Positions 56,368-64,000 of a stretch of DNA of 64,000 nt are shown here, one piece after another. The stretch is from an uncultured Patescibacteria group bacterium (GTDB lineage Bacteria; Patescibacteriota; Microgenomatia; UBA10105; UBA927). The translations under genes were made by a program, and so were the position numbers. Below the pieces are notes generated by a model. The model saw nothing but the letters and a program-made list of their open reading frames with translations, ran no database searches and was not told the DNA's origin. The DNA lies in the NCBI GenBank assembly GCA_937921305.1, contig CAKZSU010000003.1:38831-102830 (forward strand), in the 5' to 3' direction. Numbering within the stretch: position 1 is the stretch's first letter; each line of letters begins with the position of its first letter.

Positions 56368-57147
56368 TTAGATTGTCGATCTATATATATTAATTTCTTC
56401 TCGAAGTGACATGGTCGCACTTCTTGGATCGCTAGCTTCTAGAATAGATCGAGATGCAGAGATAATAAGACGACCCTTTTTATCGCGTGTTATTCCTGAC
56501 GCGACCACGCGTTGTACTTCTCCTCCCTGCACACCGATACCGGGGACCAATAATGTCATATCACCAACAATTTGTCGAACATGATTCAATTCCTCTGGAA
56601 ATGTCGCGCCAACAACTAATAAACAATTTCCGTACCGCTTGTGCCATCCTGCGACATGTTCGGCAACATGCTGATATAATGGTTTGCCATCAATCATAAG
56701 ATCTTGAAACTCTTCACTTCCGAGGTTTGATGTTCGACAAAGGATGATGCATCCTTTGTCTGACCGTTCTAAAAACGGTCGCAGAGAATCTTCGCCGAGG
56801 TATGGATGAAGCGTAATCGCATCCGCTTTAATATAGTCAAATGCGAATGTTGCATATTGCTGGTTCGTATGCGACACATCGCCTCGTTTTGCGTCAATAA
56901 TAATCGGAAGATGAGGATATGTTTGAGCGATATAATCGCAGGTTTTTTTCATCTCATCGATATGTCCGGCTTCATAAAATGCGGAATTTATTTTATACGC
57001 GCAAACAAGATCATTCGTCGCGTCTATAATCCGTTTATTAAACGCAAACTGATCGTCCTGAACAATGTTTGAATCTGTATCAAGCCCAACACATACCAGT
57101 GAATCGTTGCGATCCATTGCGAATGAAAGTTTATCAAGGAATCTCAT
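56368..57147 (-). CDS. pyrF: Orotidine-5'-phosphate decarboxylase
   Basis: CVGLD, DAKRGDV, VVGAT, PGIGVQGG. Confidence 0.95.
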   Translation of the reverse strand: MRFLDKLSFAMDRNDSLVCVGLDTDSNIVQDDQFAFNKRIIDATNDLVCAYKINSAFYEAGHIDEMKKTCDYIAQTYPHLPIIIDAKRGDVSHTNQQYATFAFDYIKADAITLHPYLGEDSLRPFLERSDKGCIILCRTSNLGSEEFQDLMIDGKPLYQHVAEHVAGWHKRYGNCLLVVGATFPEELNHVRQIVGDMTLLVPGIGVQGGEVQRVVASGITRDKKGRLIISASRSILEASDPRSATMSLREEINIYRSTI

Positions 57148-58448
57148 ACAATCGCTTGATGAACGATTTGATCGTATTCGTCTTCAGACACTGTGCCTTT
57201 TTCGATTATGACATCACGAAATGATCTTTCTGTGTCAACGCACTCTTTAACAATTTTACTGATTGTTTCATATCCAAACTTTGGTATAAACAGCACAGCG
57301 ACTGCCGTAGAATGATTCAAATGTCTTTTGCACATATTCTCATTCGCTTCAAGCGAATCAATACACAAGAAACGAAACACGGTTGTTCCTTCTATGGCGA
57401 GGCGAAACGAATGAATACAGGAATCTGCAAGTATAGGAAACATGTTCGCCAATTCAAGCTGAGCTGATGTTGCTGCAAGTTGAACAGTCAACGCTTTTCC
57501 GGCAACAAGAAAATACAGTTGATTAATTGCTTCAGGAATTATTGGATTCACTTTTCCAGGCATAATCGTTGATCCTTTTTGCAATTCTGGAATTCGAAGC
57601 TCTGCTAATCCCCCGCGCGGACCACTTGCCATAAGACGGATATCATTTGCAATCTTTGAAAGATCCGCAAGATAGGCAACAAGCGCGTTGATAGACGCAA
57701 GAAAATCTCCTTGACTACTTGTCTCTGCCATCAAATTTTCCGCCGGAATAACGGGAATTTGAAGATGTTCCCGAAGAGCCTCGTATACCGCTTGTCTGTA
57801 TAGCTCAGACGCGTTGATGCCGTTGCCAATCGCTGTCCCCCCAAGATTAAGACGATAAAATATCTGGATCATATCTTTAAGTCGATCTCGATGTTTTTCG
57901 CAAATGGAAGCATACGCGGAAAACTCTGCGCTCAACGTGGTTGGCACCGCGTCTTGCAGATGCGTTCGTCCAAGTTTGCCAACAGTTTTCCATGTGTTTG
58001 CTTTTCTCAAAAACGCTTCCACGAGTTGATCCATAGACGAAACAAGAGATCTCAGAAGACGAATCATAACAATTTTTAACGCCGACGGATTAACATCGTT
58101 TGTTGATTGAGACGCGTTTACATGATCAAGTGGATGAATCGTGATGTTCGCGACTTCAGAAGCTATGGAAGCAATAACTTCATTCACATTCATATTGATC
58201 GATGTTCCAGCTCCACCTTGAAGCGCGCAAGTGACAAATTGATCGTCATACTTTCCATCGAGAATCATCTCGCACGCGGAAACAATTCCCGAAGATATGT
58301 CTTTAGAAATCCGACCATCGCGTTCATTCGCTATCGCCGCGGCTTTTTTTATCGCGACAATTGCGTATATCAATACTTTATCCACTCTATGGTAACTGAA
58401 TGGAAAATTTGCAATGGCTTGTGTTGTTTGTTCTCCGTAATATTTCAT
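57144..58448 (-). CDS. aspA: Aspartate ammonia-lyase (aspartase / class II fumarase superfamily)
   Basis: QGGAGTSINMN, SQSTND, GRTHLQDA, GSTIMPGKVNP signature. Confidence 0.8.
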   Translation of the reverse strand: MKYYGEQTTQAIANFPFSYHRVDKVLIYAIVAIKKAAAIANERDGRISKDISSGIVSACEMILDGKYDDQFVTCALQGGAGTSINMNVNEVIASIASEVANITIHPLDHVNASQSTNDVNPSALKIVMIRLLRSLVSSMDQLVEAFLRKANTWKTVGKLGRTHLQDAVPTTLSAEFSAYASICEKHRDRLKDMIQIFYRLNLGGTAIGNGINASELYRQAVYEALREHLQIPVIPAENLMAETSSQGDFLASINALVAYLADLSKIANDIRLMASGPRGGLAELRIPELQKGSTIMPGKVNPIIPEAINQLYFLVAGKALTVQLAATSAQLELANMFPILADSCIHSFRLAIEGTTVFRFLCIDSLEANENMCKRHLNHSTAVAVLFIPKFGYETISKIVKECVDTERSFRDVIIEKGTVSEDEYDQIVHQAIV

Positions 58449-59527
58449 ATCATCCGCTGAATTTCATCGGCAAGTGTAGGACGCCACATTGCTCCGACAG
58501 CCGATTGAACTGCGTCAACGCCTCGTTTCATGTACGCGATATAATCATCGGGAGACACAACGCCCCCCACGCCAACAACAACAAAATCCCTCCATCCATG
58601 TTTTTGTTTTACCGAAACGATTCGCTCCACGGTTTCCAATCCGGCCCATTTAATCGCAACGCCGCAGATTCCACTCACTCGCCGAACCGGAGATCCGGGA
58701 AGCGCTTGATTTCCGTATTCATCAAGAACAACTGCGGGAATTGTATTGATCGCAACCACACCATCAGCAAATGTATGAATTCTATCAAGTAACGCCTCCA
58801 AATCATCTTGACGATCGTAAGGAAAATAGCCAATTTTGACTAATAACGGCGTATTCTTTTTCGCTCCATGCAACGCCTCCAGAACATCGGACGACATCTG
58901 AAGATCATGGCAAATTAACCCTTCCGATCCAAAATTGGGACACGATAAATTTACTTCATAAATTTGCGCGCCTGTTTCTTGCGAAAGACGGTACGTATTT
59001 ACGAAATCTTTAATATACTCATCTCGAGACATTGACTCTTTTTTCAATCCCATAAAACTGAGAATACATATGCGTCCCAATGACATATGATCAATTGCCA
59101 AACGAACATCCTGTTGCCACACTTCCGGCGGTTTAGATGGAACACCAAAGGAATTCGTTACACCTTCTTTTTCAACATCAATATCGTTTGTTGGCGGTAA
59201 TCCAATCACTGTCTCTTGCGGGTGAATATCATTAGTCGAGCTTTTTACGGGAATAACATTTGGAAATGGATGACAAGGATACACTTCGCTTCGGACTGTT
59301 TTGTAGGTATTCACGCAAAATCCTGCTCGCCACGCGGCGATCATAAACCTGCTATTCAAAAGTGGTCCTGCGGGAATGCCAAACGGCAAATCCACGGCGA
59401 ACCCGAGAAACGACAAGGAAGACTTTTTCTTTATTTCAACAACGAACGATGGGTCCGCAAATAAGCCAAACGGACCGTGATCATAGTTTTCTTCATAGGA
59501 TTTTGTCGCATCATAGAACGCGTTCAT
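58445..59527 (-). CDS. pyrD: Class 1 dihydroorotate dehydrogenase (divergent)
   Basis: GIPAGP, YKT, NSFG, EVNLSCPN (catalytic Cys), INT, GVGGV; start placed at MNAFY. Confidence 0.8.
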   Translation of the reverse strand: MNAFYDATKSYEENYDHGPFGLFADPSFVVEIKKKSSLSFLGFAVDLPFGIPAGPLLNSRFMIAAWRAGFCVNTYKTVRSEVYPCHPFPNVIPVKSSTNDIHPQETVIGLPPTNDIDVEKEGVTNSFGVPSKPPEVWQQDVRLAIDHMSLGRICILSFMGLKKESMSRDEYIKDFVNTYRLSQETGAQIYEVNLSCPNFGSEGLICHDLQMSSDVLEALHGAKKNTPLLVKIGYFPYDRQDDLEALLDRIHTFADGVVAINTIPAVVLDEYGNQALPGSPVRRVSGICGVAIKWAGLETVERIVSVKQKHGWRDFVVVGVGGVVSPDDYIAYMKRGVDAVQSAVGAMWRPTLADEIQRMI

Positions 59528-60561
59528 ATAAGAAACCTCCCATCCTGATAGATCGTCGCTCCGCGAAAGACAACACGACGGACCTTTCCATAGGCTTCCC
59601 ATCCATCAAACGGAGACCATTGACATTTTGTGAAATATCCGTCTTCTCCAATGCGATATGGCTCGTCTGGATCGCATGTTACATATGTATCTTTTTGATC
59701 CGGCACAGAAAAAATACGCTTTGGACGATCATACAACAACGCCAACACAATCTTCATCGGAAGTCGTTTATCATGAACCGCCCGAAGCAATAATCCAAGC
59801 GTCGTTTCAAGTCCGGGCATACCATACGCAGGCTCAGCAACTGTTTTTTCTTCTTTTGTATGGGGCGCGTGATCGCTTTCAACAATATCGATCGTGCCGT
59901 CATGAATCCCTTCCCACAGCGCATCTTGATCGTCCTGATTTCCAATTGGCGGTTTCACTCGAAAAAAACCGCTAAGACGAGACTCGTCATCGGTCGTTAA
60001 AAATAGATGATGTGGGCAGACGCCACAGGTAATCTGATCGTAGATCGCTTTTTCTTTTTGAATAATTTGCACATCTTCCGCTGTTGCCACATGGCACACA
60101 TGAATCCTCCGTTGATGTTTTCTCGCAAGAAAAAGCATTTTTGGAAGCATGTTCCCCTCGGCGTGAACTAGAATCGGTTTTAATGAACGCCACGCGGCAA
60201 AAATCCGATCTAAAAGTTCTTCTTCGGTAACCACGTACTTCCCGGTTGTTTCATTGCAATAAATTTTCAATCCAAACACTGCAGAGTCATTCCATGCCTG
60301 CGGAAATGTATCAAGATTATTTCCGTCTGTTCCGTAGTGAAATCCGATGTCGCATCGCGCTTTTTCTTTACTCAACGAAACTTTTTGTTCCAACGCTTCA
60401 ATTGAAAATGTGGGAATAGGATTGTTTGGCATGTCAAGAATATAGGTAAATCCTCCGGCAATTGCCGCGCTGCTTCCTGTCAAAAAATCCTCTTTGTGTG
60501 TCGCACCCGGCTCGCGCAAATGCACATGAATATCAATCAAGCCGGGTAATTGAACAATCAT
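59524..60561 (-). CDS. pyrC: Dihydroorotase
   Basis: DIHVHLREPG, DMPNN, PHHLFL, SDHAPH, PGLET. Confidence 0.93.
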   Translation of the reverse strand: MIVQLPGLIDIHVHLREPGATHKEDFLTGSSAAIAGGFTYILDMPNNPIPTFSIEALEQKVSLSKEKARCDIGFHYGTDGNNLDTFPQAWNDSAVFGLKIYCNETTGKYVVTEEELLDRIFAAWRSLKPILVHAEGNMLPKMLFLARKHQRRIHVCHVATAEDVQIIQKEKAIYDQITCGVCPHHLFLTTDDESRLSGFFRVKPPIGNQDDQDALWEGIHDGTIDIVESDHAPHTKEEKTVAEPAYGMPGLETTLGLLLRAVHDKRLPMKIVLALLYDRPKRIFSVPDQKDTYVTCDPDEPYRIGEDGYFTKCQWSPFDGWEAYGKVRRVVFRGATIYQDGRFLI

Positions 60562-61502
60562 ATAGACACCTCGGGCAACAGAACAGATGCAAGAAGGGCC
60601 ATGCGCGCATACATGCCGTTTTTCATCTGATCTCGCAGATAGACCGCTCGCTCATCATTATCAACAGCTTCGTCGATCTCCCCTAAGCGAGGAAACGGAT
60701 GCATAATAATGCTTTGTTTTTTCATCTTTTTTACCATTTCCATGTCAACTTTATACGCTCCCTGCACCTGAGCATATAAATCTTCAGACATGTACTCTTT
60801 TTTTACTCGAGTTACATACAACACATCAATATCCGATAAAATTTCATCTACTGATTCCAATTCAAAAAATTTCATGTGATGGTTGAGTAAATATGATTGA
60901 ACACGCTCTTGAATACCAACGCCTTTTGGTGAAACAAAATATAACTGAACATTCGGGAAATGAACAAGCGCTTTCGCCAAGGAATTTACTGGTCGATAAT
61001 GAAATAAATCGCCAAGCATTGCGATCTTCAAGCCATCAATACTACCCAGTGCATCCTGTATTGTAAAGAGATCTTGAAGACATTGCGTCGGGTGCTCGCC
61101 GATCCCGTCTCCAGCGTTTATCACTGGACATGGAGCAATATCCGCGGCTCGTTGCGCTAACCCAACATCGGGATGACGAAGAACGATAACATCGGCGTAA
61201 TTTGCGAATGTTTGAATCGTATCGTCAAAAGTCTCTCCTTTTTGCAACGATGTGTGAGCCATGCCATGCATGGGAATAAATCCGCCGCCAAGACGCTGCA
61301 TCGCGGTGATAAATGAACTAAATGTTCTGCTTGATGGCTCAAAAAATAACGCGGCGAGAATTTTATGCGAAAGAATAGACACACCGCCAAACTTTGTCGC
61401 AATATCTTTCATGCGCTGTGTGAGCGCAAGGATGTACGTAATATCGTCTTTTATATACTCTTCAGAAGACACAATGTCTTTCTGAAAGAATGGATTATTC
61501 AT
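60558..61502 (-). CDS. pyrB: Aspartate carbamoyltransferase catalytic subunit
   Basis: FFEPSSRT, NAGDG..EHPTQ, HPFPR; start at MNNPF overlapping the carB stop. Confidence 0.95.
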   Translation of the reverse strand: MNNPFFQKDIVSSEEYIKDDITYILALTQRMKDIATKFGGVSILSHKILAALFFEPSSRTFSSFITAMQRLGGGFIPMHGMAHTSLQKGETFDDTIQTFANYADVIVLRHPDVGLAQRAADIAPCPVINAGDGIGEHPTQCLQDLFTIQDALGSIDGLKIAMLGDLFHYRPVNSLAKALVHFPNVQLYFVSPKGVGIQERVQSYLLNHHMKFFELESVDEILSDIDVLYVTRVKKEYMSEDLYAQVQGAYKVDMEMVKKMKKQSIIMHPFPRLGEIDEAVDNDERAVYLRDQMKNGMYARMALLASVLLPEVSI

Positions 61503-64000
61503 AGTTTTTGTATATACCATGACCATGGATATACATTCACCGATTTTTCTGTATAAGAAAGAATAGATCGCAAGAATACTTCAAATTTTCTTCTGTTTGT
61601 GAACAACGGAATTCCTTTATCAATACTCATCCTTCGTATTATATACCCATCGGAGATCATATCGCGACTTGGAGAAAACCCCTTTGTTTTATCAGAAATC
61701 ACCACGGCGACATCAATAGATTGAAAACGGAAAAGATCTTCCACTGTTGGACGAAGAGACTCATAAATTTTTCCTATAACCCCAGACGGTATGCCATATT
61801 TCTGAAGAAATGCCGATGTTCCGGAAGTAGCGTAAATCGCAAATCCATGCTCAAACAATGTTTTTGCAATAGGAACAAATTGTTGTTTTTCTTCGTCTCC
61901 GCCAACGCTTATAAAGACTTTTTTATGCAGAGGATATTTTACGCCTGTCGCAAGAATTGCTTTTAAAAACGCTTCTTCAAGCGTTTCTCCGAATGCGGCG
62001 ACCTCACCGGTAGATGTCATCTCCACGCGAGGCAACGGATCAGCGCCACGAAGTTTATGATACGAAAATTGAGGCGCTTTTACGCAGACATATGGAATAT
62101 GTGTTTTTTCATGAAAAGAAACATGTTTTTCGAGCAGTACATCTGCCGCAATCGAAATAAAATTTATATCCATTGCCTTGCTCACGAAAGGAAAACTTCG
62201 AGACGCCCTTGCGTTGCATTCAATAACATATGGTACATCGTCAACAATAAGATATTGAATATTAAATGTACCGTGAAGCCCTAGCGATTGGATAATCTTG
62301 CTTGTTTGCTCTCGAAGCGTCGATTGAAGACTCTTTGACAATGAATAAGGAGGAAAGACTAGTGTTGAATCTCCAGAATGCACTCCAGCTTCTTCAATAT
62401 GCTCTGAAATTGCAAACGCGACAACATCGCCGTGCTGGGCGACGCCATCCACATCGCATTCTTTTGCATGAGGATAAAATTTGCTAATAACTAGTTTATA
62501 TGAAAAAATATGCTCTTTGTATATCGTCAAATAGGAGATCAACTCTTCATCAGAATATATAATACTCATAGATTTTCCTGATAGCACAAAAGACGGTCTA
62601 ATGATAATTGGATATCCAATCTCATTCGCTGCTCGAATCGCTTGCTCGTCAGAAACGCATTCTCTCCACGGCGGTTGATGAACACTTAATTCATCAAGCA
62701 ACGCGCTAAATTCTTGTCTATTTTCGGCTTTTCTAATAACTTTTGGAGACGTTCCCAATATGGGAATCTCATAAACCGAAAGATGGGGCGCGAGATTATT
62801 TGCTATCTGACCACCAACAGACACAACAATCGGCGCTTGTTCGTGTTCATAAATATCGAGAATGCGTTCAAGCGTCAATTCTTCAAAATACAAAACATCA
62901 GACATGTCGAAATCCGTGGATACTGTTTCTGGATTGCAATTCACAACGATTGTTTTCATTCTTTGTTGACGAAACGACTGAACCAATGTAACCGCAGACC
63001 AATCAAATTCCACCGATGTCCCGATCGAGTATGGACCACACCCTAACACAATCGCCTTCCGTTCTTGATCGTCTGACTCTCTATAATGTTCAGACACGCT
63101 CCCTCCGTATGTCATATAGAGATAATTCGTTTTCGCTGGAAATTCTCCTGCTGTCGTATCGATAACATGAACGACAGGCTCAATACGCGATGCTTTTCTC
63201 ATGCGACGAATGTCATCTTCTGTTTTTTCTAAACAATCAGCGATTTGCTCGTCTGAAAATCCATGTTGTTTTGCGAGACGAAGCGTTTGCTCTGAGAGAT
63301 TCTCTTTTTCTGACACCATCATCTTATATACATCCACAATCCGTTTGAGTTGAGATAAAAACCACGGATCGATATCAGTAAGCGCGTGAATTTCTTCGAT
63401 TGATATGCCAGCATACAAAGCCGAGCAAATCGTAAACGGACGAAGCGATGTTGGACACTGCAACATCGTTGTTAATTCTTCCTTCGTATAGTAAAGAAAT
63501 CGCTTATCAATAAGCCCTTTATACCCATCATTCAGCATGCGAGCGGCTTTTTGGATCGCTTCTGGAAACGACCTCGCAATACTCATCACTTCTCCAACGC
63601 TTTTCATTTCACTTCCAATCGTTACTTCAACAAGGTCAAACTTATCTAAATCCCATCGCGGCATCTTTACCACAATATAATCTAACGCGGGCTCAAAAAA
63701 TGCCGTCGTCTTTTTGGTAATATGATTTTGAAGGTCAGGAAGCGTTTTGCCGATCGCGAGTTTCGCCGCGACATACGCGAGAGGATAGCCAGTCGCTTTT
63801 GACGCAAGAGCAGAAGAACGAGATAAACGAGCATTTACTTCAATCACGCGAACCTCACCATTCTTTGGATTTAAGGCGAATTGAATATTACACTCTCCCA
63901 CAACCCCTAAATCTCGAATCACATCAATCGCTTTTTGACGAAGTCCATAATACTCCTCATTGGTTAATGTTTGCGACGGAGCAACAACAATTGATTCACC
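61499..64000 (-). CDS. carB: Carbamoyl-phosphate synthase large subunit (5' part outside window)
   Basis: Frame open to window edge (GESIVVAPSQTL); RLSRSSALASKATGYP, NPETVSTD, GVHSGD, MGS domain. Confidence 0.97.
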   Translation of the reverse strand, partial: GESIVVAPSQTLTNEEYYGLRQKAIDVIRDLGVVGECNIQFALNPKNGEVRVIEVNARLSRSSALASKATGYPLAYVAAKLAIGKTLPDLQNHITKKTTAFFEPALDYIVVKMPRWDLDKFDLVEVTIGSEMKSVGEVMSIARSFPEAIQKAARMLNDGYKGLIDKRFLYYTKEELTTMLQCPTSLRPFTICSALYAGISIEEIHALTDIDPWFLSQLKRIVDVYKMMVSEKENLSEQTLRLAKQHGFSDEQIADCLEKTEDDIRRMRKASRIEPVVHVIDTTAGEFPAKTNYLYMTYGGSVSEHYRESDDQERKAIVLGCGPYSIGTSVEFDWSAVTLVQSFRQQRMKTIVVNCNPETVSTDFDMSDVLYFEELTLERILDIYEHEQAPIVVSVGGQIANNLAPHLSVYEIPILGTSPKVIRKAENRQEFSALLDELSVHQPPWRECVSDEQAIRAANEIGYPIIIRPSFVLSGKSMSIIYSDEELISYLTIYKEHIFSYKLVISKFYPHAKECDVDGVAQHGDVVAFAISEHIEEAGVHSGDSTLVFPPYSLSKSLQSTLREQTSKIIQSLGLHGTFNIQYLIVDDVPYVIECNARASRSFPFVSKAMDINFISIAADVLLEKHVSFHEKTHIPYVCVKAPQFSYHKLRGADPLPRVEMTSTGEVAAFGETLEEAFLKAILATGVKYPLHKKVFISVGGDEEKQQFVPIAKTLFEHGFAIYATSGTSAFLQKYGIPSGVIGKIYESLRPTVEDLFRFQSIDVAVVISDKTKGFSPSRDMISDGYIIRRMSIDKGIPLFTNRRKFEVFLRSILSYTEKSVNVYPWSWYIQKL

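Noticed and set aside
1-64000. Alternative genetic code, rRNA, introns or retroelements
   Set aside because: TGA acts as stop at many ATGA junctions; conserved genes are uninterrupted; no rRNA or reverse transcriptase motifs seen.

Overview
Gene-dense bacterial chromosome segment in genetic code 11, with no rRNA genes and no CRISPR array. Gene content and style suggest a CPR/Patescibacteria genome, probably Microgenomates (inference only). It contains 10 tRNA genes and a decayed ~1.8 kb large-serine-recombinase island integrated at the 3' end of tRNA-Gln. It also carries uvrA/B/C and lexA, an OmpR-type two-component locus with two matching operator boxes, a phosphoketolase, and a glycolysis/fermentation cluster (ADP-forming acetate-CoA ligase, gpmI, eno, ppsA, pgi, pgm, minimal pyk). 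Further on are an RND/MFP/SppA cluster, several secreted hydrolases, and a de novo pyrimidine cluster (carB-pyrB-pyrC-pyrD-aspA-pyrF-pyrE-pyrG, five junctions overlapping as ATGA). The most notable signals are: (1) an aspartase embedded in the pyr operon beside a class-1 DHODH without PyrK, with CAD-like CPS/ATC/DHO subunits; (2) a recombinase gene whose stop codon lies inside the target tRNA, with a matching right-hand att-like site and hairpin clusters; (3) widespread leaderless promoters, including a 24-bp bidirectional one; (4) a barrel-only pyruvate kinase starting 3 nt after tRNA-Glu. All protein assignments come from recalled motifs; no database searches were run.
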